Shown here in pieces: positions 23,461 through 38,800 of a stretch of 64,000 bases of DNA; the stretch's first letter is position 1, and each line of letters starts with the position of its first letter. Origin of the DNA: the human T2T-CHM13v2.0 reference genome, Homo sapiens; the NCBI RefSeq assembly GCF_009914755.1, contig NC_060932.1; one strand, 5' to 3'. The notes below the pieces were generated by a model that made no database searches, was not told the DNA's origin, and saw only the letters and a program-made list of their open reading frames with translations. The position numbers were made by a program, and so were the translations under genes.

Positions 23461-25434
23461 CTGAGAAAGTTAACCTTATTATCTGTTTATTTCCTTATCT
23501 CTAATTTAGCATAGATGATTAAGGTAAGGATTAAAAGTGATCATATTTATAATGTGTTTAGGATAGCTCCTGAAACATGGTAAGCACTTAGTATATATTA
23601 ATAGTTGTTAGCTCTTATTCATAGTTGTTAGTTGACTAATAAAGTGCCTGTCATATGATACTTACTCAAAAATGAAATAATTATTCCCTCAATAATATTT
23701 TATTGCATGCTTTCCACCTTCCATAATCATTTCTAGGCCTTGGGAATACAGATATTAATAATAGTTTCTTCCATCAAGAAAAACATTTTCTAGTGGAGAA
23801 AACAGACACATAAATCATGAATTTTAATACAGTGTAAAAAAAGTATGTAATAGAGTGTATAAATATACCAATACTACATAAATTATTATTCATATATACT
23901 TAGTGTAAATTAAACTTTTGTATATAAATAGGTTAGAGCCTTGGTATCAACTGACAACTTCATGCAACTTAGGAGCTAGACGAGATTTTCCTGAAACTTT
24001 CATGAACATGTCTGAAAGAAGCCAATAGTCTTTTCTTCAGGGATCTGGCTTCTTTGTTTGCTGTCCTCATTCACCCAAATCCTTCCAAAAATTACAATTG
24101 GACTTTCACAAATTTCTAAAGAAAAAAATGTACAGAATCTACTGGAAATTATAAGGAGTGGATTATATCAAATAATAGAAAATTTTAGACCAGATATTTC
24201 TGTTCTTTTGAGCCATTTTTAGCCACTGGGACTCCTCTCTGAGCCATCCCCTGTTCAGGCAGGGTCAACTCACAACCTTCCATGTTTACTCCGTATTTTC
24301 TTTCCTCTTTTTGCTCCTCAACCCCCTCCTATACTGCCCTATTGACTTCAAAGACAACTTTTTCTATTTTGTAGAACAACTTATCTTTTTCTTACGTCTA
24401 ATTCACCAAATTAGTTAAACACATCAAGATATTCACAGCAACAGGATCTGCTATGTATAGTATTAAAATTCCTAAGAAGACAACTGTGTTCACAGGAGTA
24501 AGTTTTACTGCTACTGGTACTACTAAATACAAATCTATTTATATAAATAATGCTTATTGTCTCTTTAATGACACTAGTATGATAGTTTGCCCCCAGATAA
24601 AGTTTTAGGAAGATATATACTTATTTTTTCAACTAACTTATAAAGTCTTACAATAAGAAAGTAAAAACAAAGCCCAAGTCCTGAATCTTTCTACTTCTTT
24701 CAGCGCATCCTAAACATAGACTACCACAAAAAAAACTACAAATACTTGTGTTGATCCTCAGCATCACTCATTGACCTTATTTTTCTTCATTTTCTATTTG
24801 CACTTGTACATATACATTTGATTTTATCTTTGCGATGTGTTGTCCGTCAGGAAGAATTTTTTAAATCACCCTTGAAGATTAGTCCAAACAGTATTAAAAA
24901 TGTGAATAGTGCCAGGAGTAATAATTTGGTTAAGAAAATATTCAGGAAATACAAAATAGAGGAGAAAGAGAGGGATATAGACTAAAAGTAGGTTAATCAT
25001 TTTCCTCTGTTTTTGTATGTATGTAGGAAGAATAAGTGTTTTCCCAGAGCGACAGTCAATAGAAGAAAAACCTTTTGGAATTATGCCATTAATCTCTTTT
25101 CATGATCTACTCACCACTTTGGTCTGTTCGTATGCACATGTGCATGCATTCTCGCTTTTGAACCAACTGGGCTTAGCAACTAAAGGAAAAGAAGGAAGCA
25201 GTAATACAGCCTGGAAAGGGGCAGAGAAAGTTTTACAGAGTTGAGAATAATTGGGTTAGATTCTAAAGGATGATGCCTCTATTTGGATAAAAATGGGGAA
25301 GGAAGATCAACGTAAAAGAAATAGAGATTGCAAAGGCACAAAGGGTAAAATCCCTAGGCTTGCTTTGAAAACTGATTTAAGTTGAGCCTTAAATTATGGC
25401 TTTTAGCTTTGCAGAGATGAGAAGAATAACTTTC

Positions 25435-25850
25435 TATCTTAATTTGGATTCCACCAGAAAAAGAGCCTGAAGCAAGGATGAGAATACATGTAGTTTACTG
25501 GGTGTGTGATACCAGGAAACACATTTAAGGGAATAGGGGAATAGGTAGGGAAGGGAAAGAAGCTACCAAAAGGTAAATTGTGTGGCCATTTATCAGTGTG
25601 GGCAGCTGGATCTCAATTCTATTAGGACATTCTGGAAGACTGAATGGACTATACATTCTGGAAGCCTGCATGGATTCTACCAGGGGCTGAGCAAACCGGG
25701 CATTTATCAACTAATTATCCTCCCGTCATTGGATACAAGCACTAGTTCTGGCAGTTCTGGCTTGTTTTGTGCATGGGTCAATTATTTTGTAGCAGTGAAA
25801 AGAGGACTTTGGTCAGAGTTGCAAGTGTTTGCAGTAAGCAGCCTTCTCAA
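25435..25850 (-). mobile_element. ERVL LTR, LTR16-like
   Basis: ggattccaccagaaaaagagcctgaagcaaggat...tagtttactggg...agggaagggaaagaagc...tgtgggcagctggatctcaatt. Confidence 0.6.
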
Positions 25851-26694
25851 TGTAGAAGTAAATTTGAGGTGGGGTCCCAAAAGTTTCCGCCAAACCTTCT
25901 CTCTGACTACCTTAATGCTATTCTCCTACCCATTCTCTCCTTTCCCTCCTCATGCTAGCCCTCTATATTACTTAGAAATGCCTCCAGCAGGACTCAGCAC
26001 TGTAAACAGAGATTCAGAGATGCTTCCCTCTGCTCCTTAAACACATTGGTTTCTTTCAGGAGGAAATGAAGAAAATAAGTACCATAAGCTCTAAATCCCC
26101 AGCTCACATACTATTTTGATTTGAAGCCCCCCTACGGGACCCATTCATAGACCTGGTGGGTGTCAAAGTCATAAAATAGCCATTGAATTAAAAACAAGGA
26201 GAACAAGCTCCTCCTTAATAGAAGACCCAGAGAGTGAGAGCTTCCTTTCAATGGGGTTTTTGACAGTCTCCTTTGAAACAACCTTGCTTAAAACACAGCA
26301 GCTCATCTGCGTGGCCTAATCAAAGAATAAAGTACTTTATATTATTTTTAGAGTTTAAAAAATTGAAATGAGAATTCAGTTTAACTTTCAAACTCTTGTT
26401 TCCCCTTCATAGTGAAATTGGGGTTGGAAGATCAAGAGTCCCTGATATTCCTAGAACTGGTATTAAATAATGTTGTGCTCAAGGAAGTTTCTGGTTCATG
26501 GTCAGTTCAAATTATCATTTCTAGTGAATCTCAAGCTGACAATTTATTACTGAAATAGATGAGATTTAGAGTTCTGAGTTCAAGCCACAAGTTGACATCA
26601 AATTTCATTACCTTTCTGAGTGTCAAGTTCTTTACCTGTAAATGGGAATAAAAGTAACGACCTCAAAAAATAATTGAAAACACTATTTTATGTG

Positions 26695-26875
26695 TATGTA
26701 AAGATATATATAAAGTACATAAAGCATATATTAGATCTATATATATTATAAATATATATAGATCTAATATATAGATTCTAATATATTAGATCTAATATAG
26801 ATATAATAGAATATATTATCTATATATTAGATAATAATTTATAGATAATATTATATTATTATCTATAAATATATG
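26695..26875. repeat. AT-rich palindromic low-complexity tract
   Basis: Perfect 22-bp inverted repeat (26726-26747 / 26751-26772) and 14-bp inverted repeat (26837-26850 / 26857-26870). Confidence 0.9.
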
Positions 26876-26977
26876 TGAATCAACTCCAAGGCTAAAACTA
26901 ACTATGTCAACCATAACTAAGTAATTGAATCTCACCAAGCACAGTTACCAAATCTGTAAAATGAATGGGATTAGGTC

Positions 26978-27186
26978 ACTAGGTCTCAACTGGAGTAATT
27001 GGACTTTCGTCATTTTCTGAGACATTCTTTGTGGCCACAACTGAAAGGGGTGTGCTATTGGCATTGAGTGCGAAGAGGCCAGAGATGCTGCTAAACATCT
27101 TACAATAAGGAGGATAGTCCCCCATAACAACAACAACAGCAACAAACTGGGTCAAAATGCCATAGTGCAATAGTTAAGAAACCTTG
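26978..27186. mobile_element. MER20 (hAT-Charlie)
   Basis: gtgctattggcattgagtgcgaagaggccagagatgctgctaaacatcttacaat matches the MER20 core. Confidence 0.8.
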
Positions 27187-28659
27187 GATCACTAGAAATA
27201 TTTATTAACACTAAGATTTTTTTATTCCCTAAAATGTTATTGCTTCCATAAATTATAAATATTTGTTAAATACCAACAATTTCCTATTATAGTTGAAGGA
27301 AATGTCAAATCTTGGTCATGACCTACAAAGCTCTGGCCATCTGGCCCTGGCCTGCTTCTCCAGCCTCATCTCATGCACCTGTCATCTGTTATTCTCTCTA
27401 GTCTGGCTATAACAGCTTCCATCGTGATCCTTGCATTCCTTCCTTAGGATTTGGAATGTTCACTTTACTGTACTAGAAATCTCCTCTAGATCTCTGCTTG
27501 TCTTTCTCATTTTATTCACCTTCTGTACTCAGATTTCACTTCATCAGACAAATGCTCCCTAATCACCTGATTTTCAATGTTTCTACTTTTCATCTTTACA
27601 TAGTTAGACTGCCTTATGTTTTGACCACTGCATTTTGTTCACAGATTGATCCTAGTGCCTAGGTACAGAAAAGCTGCTCAGTAAACACGTGTCAAATGAA
27701 TAAATTATTTGGGGCCCCATGTCAGGCACTTTAAATAGAAACAAAATTCACCGAAAAAGGCTTATAAAAATTACACCCATTATAGATTTTTTTCCTTATG
27801 GATACAAATAGCCGTTCTTTTTATATAATTGTCCGCAAGGATAAAGTTGTTCTCATTAGGGAGATAAAAATTTACAGGAAAAGGCTCAAGGTTGTATTTA
27901 TTTTGGAGACTAGTGACTGACAAAATAACACTTTCTGTGTGTTTATTTTGTTTGTTTTGGTTTGATTAGGTCTGTCTCAGACAGAAATCTCTTTCTCTCT
28001 CTGACATAGCTTGAGAGGTGCACCCTGACTCTAATGAGGACAGCACAAGGTATTAGTTCTGTTGGTGTTCAAGTTTTTGTCCCTAAGGCAAGGATTTGAC
28101 AACATCAATTAATTTAACAATTTTTGGAATCAGTATGATTCACTTGGTGCTTTCTTTTATTTGGCTTGTTTTATTTACATGAACATAAAAATTGCTGCTG
28201 ATTGATACATGAAGAACTTCCTAGTGTGTGGTAAATAAAATAGTCCTAAATTATACTAAGACTAGAAAAGGAATCTTTATCTGAAAAAATTTTAATATCC
28301 TCTGTGGCTATAAGTTTGGCTTTTGTGTGCCAGAAATATCTAATTGTGTTTATTAGCCTGTCTGTAGATATCAAGAACTGATAATAATCCAGTTTACTTC
28401 TCCAAGTTTAACCTGATCTACCACTTACTGTAGGAATAACCTTTTTTACTCTGAGATTTCTTAGCTTGTCTATATTTGTGACTTGCTAGGAGATGTTTTT
28501 TAGCTTCCTGCAAGGCTTTCTCCATAGTCATAAACCAGATACCAAGCCAGTTACTAAGGAGGACTTTTTAGGCATCAATTATTTCTTCTAATTATTTATA
28601 ATACCTAAAATTACTGAAATAAACAAGTTTCTTCTGCACATAGAAAAGTATATAAAAAT

Positions 28660-30120
<1,461 letters not shown>

Positions 30121-32219
30121 GAAACATAAAAATATAAAGAAAAGCTCTAGGAATGGTGTTTTTTTCTCCCCATCTAGGCATTGCATTTGGAGGAGAATAA
30201 CTACCATCCATTAGAAACTAAAGCAAAAAGAATTTGGCAAACAAAAGACATGAGGAAAATCAGGTTCTTATGAGAAGTTCAGTTAAATGATAATACGGTT
30301 TTTTGAAGTAGTATGTTTTCACTGAGATGGTCTGTTAATTGATTAAATGACTGAATATGAATGTTTTCTTAAGTATCAAGCAAATAGCTTCAGCTTTTCC
30401 TCCGTCCTCATGCCAGGTATATGGCATATTCTAAATGGAGGCTGAAGTCTCTGAGCTGCTTAATTTTTCACAGACTTCTGCAAGGATGATGGGCTTTCTG
30501 GCTCACTTTTTGCCAAAAGGCTCAGAGTAATGACTTGCACACTGTAGGAATGCAATGAGTAGTTGTGTGTGTTTGGTTATTTGCATTTCTGGATGAGCCA
30601 GTAAAGGTTGCAATTGCTTCATTCCTATTATAAGCTCAATAAAGAAAGAGATTATGTTTGGGTTACCATTATAACATCAACACTTTGCACTATCTGCAAA
30701 TAATAAAAAAGAATGCATAAGCAGAAGAGCTTTTTCTTGAAAGAGCATTAGAACACTGTGTTACAATTAATTAACCTTGAACTAGACATCAAACACTGGT
30801 TAAAGTGTTTTGGTTAAAGGTACAGTTCCAGCCATTTTCATTATCCTTTTCTGAGTCTCCATTTCCTTATCTGAAACATGAGCAGAAATCAACTTGGCCT
30901 GCCCTTCTAAGAGCTGTTCTGAGGATCTGTCAAGGTAATGCAGATGGGAGAACACTTGAGTTTTTAGGTGCTGTATAAATGCATGATCAGACATAGCAAG
31001 TTACCCTGACAATGATCAGGAAAATAAAAATGAATGAGTGGGGAATGTAAGGAGGTGGAGGGAGCTTAATTTGCTAGAATTTTCAGAGGAGTAAAATATG
31101 TAGTTAAGAAGAAACATTTGATGAACTACATGAGGTAGTGAGTGGGGGATTCCTTATCATTCCTACCCCAAAATGCATGTTCCACTTTCAAATAATGCTC
31201 AGTGAAATTCTCTTCTAAGCAGGAAGTCTCCACATAATTGCAAACCTTTTGTTAATAGAGTGGTCTGTAAGTGTGGAGTCAAAATGCTCATTGCTTAAGG
31301 TCACAGAGGATGAGTTTTCTCCAGCTACTCTTCCTGAAAATTAATCAAAGATGCAAGATTTTATTTCTTTAAATTAAGGCTCAGATGATTCCTGCCTGAC
31401 AAAGATTCCAAATTACAAGCCTGCCTAGGATGTATATATATATATTGCAATGCAGCCTCACGTATAATCATGTCAGAATCATACTGGGTTATATTAGACT
31501 TAAAGAAAATTTGGTCTGTGTTCCTTAAAGTGAGTGTATATTAAGACAGGTGGGATCAAGCTCAATTTTATCAGCCAAAAAGTTAATCTGACATAGCAAT
31601 GAGGGGCAGACCTAGAGCCAGAACTCAGCATTCCATCTCAGTGTAGCAAATGTCTTATAGGTGATTACATTTTAAGTACTGATTCAAAATCATTAGACAG
31701 ATCAGGTATTCGTATCACATTTTTCCATTCCCCTCTCCAAGTGGATGGACCTACATTTCAAACTAGACAGCTATAAACTGTTAACAGCTTGCTAATGGAT
31801 GTTGGAATCATAGTTCATCTTATTCAAGGGTTCTATTACTTATTCCTTAATTCATCAAACATGTATTAGATGCCTAAATGGTCCAAGCATCTGGAGTTGC
31901 ATAGGGAATTATGGTAAAAACAAACAAACATTGTGCATATGTGTGATCTGAAATGTATATTAGTGTGATATGAGAGAAGAAATATACCATTAAAAGAAAA
32001 CATTTGGTTCTTGGGCTAATTTCCAAGATAGGTTTGTTTTTTTTAAATGTCCACTTTCTATGTTTCCTCTTCATACTGTGTTGAAAGAGGAAAGTAAATT
32101 CACCAGAGATTTAACTACAGCATTCCATTTCATTCAAATTATGCCTACTCTCATCTTGATACTTTTCTAAGATTATCTGAAAACTTTAGAACAGTTTGAA
32201 ATAAACTCTTTCATATATT

Positions 32220-32620
32220 AATTAATTCATTCAGAAAACATTGATCAATACCTTTTATGTGTCAGTCACAGTGCTAAGTACTAGGGAGTAAAGACACAAA
32301 TAAGAATGTCCTACAGAACTCATTATTTGAAGATAGGCTGCAATTGAAGAAATAGCTTACAAGTCAGTGTGATAGTACATCTGAAGCACAGAGGGTGCAC
32401 AAAAGCAGTTGGAGCAGGGTAAGGTTAATTGGACCTGTGAGCTCAAAGAGGGTTCCCTAGAGAATGTTAAGTCTAAGTTACACTAGAAAAGAAGAGTAGG
32501 GGTTTAAGGCAGGATGGACATGTCAGACAGAAGGATGAGCATGATCCACAGAGCAGAAGCCAACAGCGAAATGGTGTGCCCTGGGAAATATAATCAATTC
32601 CTGATTGCTGGAGCAAAAAG
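32220..32620 (-). mobile_element. L2 fragment
   Basis: attcattcagaaaacattgatcaataccttttatgtgtcagtcacagtgctaagtactaggg resembles the reversed L2 3' end. Confidence 0.6.
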
Positions 32621-32950
32621 TGCAAAGGGGCAGAGCAATCAAATTGTTTTAGATATTACTACCTTGAGCAGGACAAAGCACTGACTTTGTGTATCATCAG
32701 CTGAAATTTGCATGGGGTCTTCCACATTCTCAGTCCTTCAGACTAGTTACCTTTGCAATCTTATGATACAGTTAAAAACAATAATGTTCTTGGAAAACAT
32801 ATGGACATATTTAATTTATAATTAAATAGATGACTACAAAGATAAGATTGGAAAACCACTTTGAACTCTCTTTCTATGACCACAGTAAGTTTTGTCCAAG
32901 AGCTTTGCCTCTCTTTACCATTTTCCTCCCCTAGCTTCTCTCTTATTTTC

Positions 32951-32962
32951 TTTCTTTCCTTT

Positions 32963-33021
<59 letters not shown>

Positions 33022-33309
33022 AGACAGAGTCTCCGTCTGTCACCCAGGCTACAGTGGCATGATCTCGGCTCTCTGCAAGCTCCACCTCCTGGGTTCAAGC
33101 CATTCTTCTGCCTCAGCCTCCTGAGTAGCTAGGCATACAGGTGCCTGCCACCACGCCCAGCTATTTTTTTTTTTTTTTTTTTTGTATTTTTAGTAGAGGC
33201 GGGGTTTCACCATGTTGGCCATGCTGGTCTTGAACTCCTGAACTCGTGATCCACCCGCCTCAGCCTCCCAAAGTGCTGGGATTACAGGCGTGAGCCACCG
33301 CACCCAGCC
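32951..33309 (-). mobile_element. Alu SINE (AluS) with a 56-nt pure T tract
   Basis: T56 at 32965-33020, T20 in the linker, TSD tctctcttattttc / tctctcttgttttc. Confidence 0.95.
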
Positions 33310-34133
33310 TCTCTCTTGTTTTCTAATAAGCTTTTCCATCTCTTCTTCTCTTTTTAAATTTTTTATGCACGACCTTCTCTATCTATGACAGCAAACCCAA
33401 CATAGACTTTCATCTGACCAAGTAGTTCACAGTCTTTGTTTCCAGATTTCTTTAGAACTTCCTGTGGAGACTCCTTAAGGATGATGAAGCCCATGGATTT
33501 CCGGGCTCAATTTCTTCACCTGATCTCTGGCAATTTCACATAGATCTGTTATATAGATTGGAACTTTTCATGAAATTTCTTTGAAAAGAGAGTTACTATG
33601 CTTCATTAAGCCTTAAAATTGCTCCTTCTTGTCTAATTTTCATCTTTTGAGGCTAAATTGAGGCCCACAGAGGAGAAGACAGTATCAATACAACATAGCT
33701 ATCTAGACAGAACTAAATTCAACATGGCTCTACTCTTCTCAGATGCCCATCCCATTAGGTTATTCCAGGCAACAGTACTTCTCTGCCGTATTGCCCATAC
33801 TAGGGACATCTGGGAAGTACAGTGACATGAGGGTCACCATGTGCCCAGTGTTTCCTCTCAGGAGCAGACTTAACTGCCTCCAAGCCTTCTCCTTTTATCC
33901 TAAATTGGAAACTCTCTGTCCATCATTTCTCTGGGCTATATTAAATTCAATTTAGAAAACATTAACTATGAGCTTACAAAAATGTTTGTGCTCAGCCTTG
34001 GAGACATAAGGTTAAATATATATGTATTATAGTCATTGCAATGGAGTTTCTCACTGACTTTTTTGGGAACAAGGCACACAGACACGCATACATCTGACTC
34101 CTTCAGTGAAGCGAGAGCTATATTAGAGTATGT

Positions 34134-34603
34134 TGTTATGGATTAAATTGGGTGCCCCCAAAAGATATGTTGAGGTTCTTACCCCATGCACATCAGAATA
34201 CAAACTTAGGTGGAATAGGGTCATTGTTGATGTGATTCATTGAATTAAGATAAGGTTACACTAGAGTAGGCTGTTCCCCTAATCCAACATGACTGTTATC
34301 CTTATAAGAAGGTGGCCATGTGAAGACAGAGATACAGGGAGAAGGTCATGTGAAGGTGGAGGCAGAGAATGGTGTGATGTATGTATAATCCAAGGAGCAC
34401 CAAGGATTGCTGGCCATCACCAGAAGCTCGGAGGGAAGCATGGAACAGATCCCCCCTCGGAGCCCTCAGAAGCAACCAACCCTGTTGACACACACCCTGC
34501 TTTTGGTGTTTTAGCCTTCGGAACTGTGAAACAACAAACTTCTATTGTTTTAGTCCACCCAGTCTGTGGTACTTTGTTCCAGCATCTCTAGAAAACTGAT
34601 ACA
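34134..34603 (+). mobile_element. Solo MaLR LTR, MLT1C-like
   Basis: tgttatggattaaattgggtgcccccaaaagatatgttgag...caaggattgctggccatcaccagaagct...ctagaaaactgataca. Confidence 0.85.
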
Positions 34604-34939
34604 CATGCATGAAGTTCACAGATGAAGAAGACATTATTAGCTACCCCAGGGCTCCAGGCACACCCCCCTGGGAACAGGTGACCTTTTAGTTGGGCACTGA
34701 GGGGTGAGTAGGTGAGTAGGCATCCTTCAGAAGGAAAAAGGGAGAAGGTGCATTCACAGCAGAGAAGAAAGCAGGAGCAAAGGACAGGATTTAGAAAGGT
34801 CTTTTTGTTTTTGAGCAATGTTGAATAACCCTGTATAGCTCCTACATGGAACTGGAGCTTGGGGTGCTTTCGGCAAAGCCTGTTGCAATGTACTTTTGCA
34901 ACAAGTGAGTTAAGTCAAGAAAAACTTCAAGTTTTGGTG

Positions 34940-34945
<6 letters not shown>

Positions 34946-34994
<49 letters not shown>
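34946..34994. repeat. (TG)n microsatellite, about 24 units
   Basis: Uninterrupted tg repeat. Confidence 0.97.
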
Positions 34995-34996
<2 letters not shown>

Positions 34997-35459
34997 AAAT
35001 ATGAATCTATCCCCAGATGGTTTCTCTTTCTTTTAATTTCTTTTTAATTATGGAAGCTATTCACCAAACATGTTTTTGTTTATCTCAAACTAAGTATACA
35101 GTTTCAACATATGGAGGATATTTTGTTTTACTTCAGTTTATCTTAAGAAATCAGCTTTCCTAACTCTTGCTGGCAGTGGACCCAAATTATTTCTTACTTT
35201 TCATTTCTCTATTTATTTTCTCTTCTTCCTTCTTTTCTTTCAGCTATGCCTTATTCCTATCTCCCTCCCTCCCTTCCTTCCTTCCTTCTTCTTCTTTTTC
35301 CTTCTGGAATGTTATAAAATATTTCCTGTGTTAATGAACTGCCCCATTTAGTGGCAGAAACCAATAGCTCCTTGGCTTGTAGACATTTAGTTAACTTAGA
35401 AAACACAAACTGAAATTGTGTTAATAAACAAGTCAGGGATATTATTTGTATTTTAATTT

Positions 35460-35880
35460 ATAGTATCATGAAGCTGGCATTCAAATTTCTTCATAATCTG
35501 GATTCACACCACTTGAGCTGGCCTGTTTGGCTTGATGCATTTCAAACCTCAGGGCATCTGGCTCTTCTGTTCTTCCTTTCCTTGGAAAGCTTGTTTTCAC
35601 CTCCTCAGCCTTCTGTGCTCCACTTACCTTTTAAGATGCAGCTCAAATGTCCCTCCTTTTAAACACATTTTATGGTGCTTCCAGGCAGAACTGATTATTT
35701 TCCCCTAGATTCCCCTAGAGCTTTGTCCATTCTTCTATTATAGCTTTATTGTGCTTGGTATTTATTTTCATGTATGTTTCTTCCATCGAACTAAGGTAAA
35801 AATGGTTTCTCATTGTCACTAAACTTGCAGGGTCCAAAAGAGAGGCTGGCACAGAGTGGGCTCTATAAATTCCCATCGAG
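35460..35880 (+). mobile_element. L2 3' fragment
   Basis: cagctcaaatgtccctcc...gctggcacagagtgggctctataaat. Confidence 0.55.
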
Positions 35881-38800
35881 GAAACTTGTATGTGAAAAGA
35901 GAGGGCAATCTTCCTCCAAGGAGTAAAGAGCTTGTCTTCAATAACCTTGCAGCTCTTCTTTAAAATCATTTGCATACTTCCCAATTTGAAGAGCCCTTGA
36001 ATGGTTAGACACTGGGTACTAGAGGCGGAAAGCCACTGAGAACACTGAGGGTAAGACTGATAGGGGAAGTTGCCCTTTCTTGATATTTACATTCATGTAG
36101 CAGAAACTGGGCATCCATTGGATGTCAAATCCAGTGTAGAGGTGTAGAGATTTATTCATGACCATTTCTGCAGTGATGCTAGACCAAAGGGTTCACCACT
36201 CCTGCCAATTCTAAAAACTGGAATCAGTTACACTATGCTGAGAAGGTTTTTAGGTTAGAGTGCTGTAAACAAGTCATGAAGCCTGTAAGAAGCATGAGAA
36301 GAAAGAGTGGTGGCACATGGGATGTATACTTGGCATGGCCGTACTCCCCTTAAACAGGGTTTACATCTTTCATCTTAAAACCCTCAGTATTTTACTTGAC
36401 ACATTGTATATGATCCATAAAGGGCTGTTGAATGAATGAACGAGTGAGTGAATGAAGTTTGCCTAAGCTGATAAATAGCAGGAGTGCAAATGTGCGAGCT
36501 TTGTGAGTACAGCTCTATAATTCCTGACCCTCCCTCATTACTTGTATGCCTTTTCAATGATCTTGTGACATGAGACAGACATTTTATTGCATGACCCTTA
36601 ATTCTAGCAGCTGAAGTCCAGCATCAATGACCTTGATGATGGCATTTTTTTGTCCCCATGCATTGCTCACTGGAGATCTGCAGTGAGTAGGATTGATGAC
36701 CTAGAGACTAAGGTTAGGTTCTGACCACGTGGCTCACTATGACTGTAATCTCTTCCCCTTCACTACCTTTTTAAGGGGTTTGGAAGTGCAGTGATATAAA
36801 GTGATAAGGAGAGAAACAAGGAGAGGGTCAAACAGATGAGGGGGGTGTGAGCCAAGGTAGGGAGGTAAAACAGACGGCAGGCATGAGTGGTGGAGGAACT
36901 GGAAGAGGACGAAAAGCAGAGCTGGAGCAGTGGACCACGGGGACCCACAGGCACCAGGATCAGCCTTCCCGTGCCACCCCCATGCCACTCACTGAGCCCC
37001 TCCCTGCTGTCTCCACCTTCATTTCTGATGGACATATTAAACACTTTCCTCTCCTGTAGTAAGAATCCTCTACATCTGAATGCCACTTTTCACCATAGGG
37101 CCACAGCACTGGGACCTGGGCTAAGGTGTGCTCTGGCCACAGTAAGACTACAGGACTTTGATAGCTGGGAGAAATCCTAACCTTCCATACTTCTATTTTC
37201 CCATCTTTGTTAGAAAGGCAGTGTGTGATGGAACTGAGGTTACAGAGGAGGGAGAGTCTTTACAGAGTGTCCAATGCTACAGAAACATGCCTGGGTTCTC
37301 ATCTTTATGTTGTCCTTATGATAGGAGAATATTTCTCCAATAAGGAAACGCATTCTCAGAGAAGCCAAGGACCAGAGATTATGGAACAGTTTATGAGTGG
37401 CAGAGTTCTAGAGCCCAGCTTTGTGACTTTCACCCTAGTCTGCTTTTATTTTCACTTCTCCAAGCCTCATCCTTAGAAACCAGATTGTCTCTGATAGCAA
37501 CAACAATATGTGAACTTGAGTGTTTTATTATAAAAGGGTAACTTTGTTTATTATATTTCTTATTTAAGTAGAATGTTTTATTTTCATTTAAACCTAATGT
37601 TAAACAATCTAAATAAGGAATTTATTTTTATGTTTAGAGGGGAATTTTCTGGTTAAACATCACACAGATCTGAATCCTGAGGCTCTGAGTGTTGGACACA
37701 TGACTCATTTGGTAATAAAGGAACTGTGGTTGCAAAGTCAGTACCACAGTTCTTTGCTGATGCACACCCGCAGACCCCACTCTGCCCTTCTGTGACCGAG
37801 GACCAAGTTTACCAGGAGATAATCATATTTATAAGCAACATTCAACATTTTAAGTAGTACATGGCAGGACTCCTAAACCACTGAGGCAGTCAAACCCAGG
37901 GTCCTAATAACTTTTCCATACCTCTTTGGAACCTGTATTCAATAGGCCATTGTTCTCAGGTGTCCTGAGTGAAAGAAAATAGTTTTGATGAAGAGGGAAA
38001 TGGGCCGCCATTCCTAACACCTGCTCTGCTGGGAGGGCATGGTCCAGTCCTAAGTAGAAAGCAAACATTGAAGGCGGGTGGGCAAAAATCCCAGACAGGG
38101 ATTTGTTTTGTTTTGCTGCAGGAATTTTCAGGTCACCAACACCAGCTTCCAGGCTTTCCTCTCCATTGCCCTCCTCTCCCAGGGAGAAAGTCTCCTCTGT
38201 TCTCTGGACTATAAGGCAGCCTGGGTTTCTCTGGCTCTCCCCTCATTAGCCAAGGAGCACACATTGAAAATCCAAAAAATATATGATTAATTCAACTTTG
38301 GATGCATACTGTCAGTCTGAGGGCAGTTTCTTTAGAAACAGCTAGGGGCTGCGTATTTAATGCTTTGAAGCACATTTCCACACCAGGAGTTAAGCTAAGT
38401 TGCATTGAGAATTTTCTTCAGCTCTGTTAATGTTGATACAGAAGCTATTGTAAAACCCAATTTCACGCCATGAAAAGATTCCTCTCCATGCTAAGACTTT
38501 AAGAATAGAGATGTTATAGTCTTTTAAATAAGAAACCAGCAGAACTCCCACAAACCTTCACATTTACCATAGTGCTTTCTGATTTACAAAGCACCCTCCA
38601 CTGGCTGGCCTTGCCTCTTAGACATTAAACCACAGAACAGCGTCATCAGTTAGGAAGAGTTTGCCATGGGAATCTTGCCCCCCAACCTGCTCTGAGCTCC
38701 ATTGACCACTCAGGTCTTTAAAAAGAACCATGTTTCTTCTGACCACCAGCATCTACTTCCACCATTGTCTTGGTTAGGACTTCCCAACAGAGCCCTGCCC

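Noticed and set aside
27965-28055. Possible + strand exon (tttgattag|...caag|gtatta)
   Set aside because: Weak donor and no supporting coding signal
35339-35358. CTCF-like motif (reverse strand gccactaaatggggcag)
   Set aside because: Mismatches at core positions; not distinguishable from chance without ChIP data
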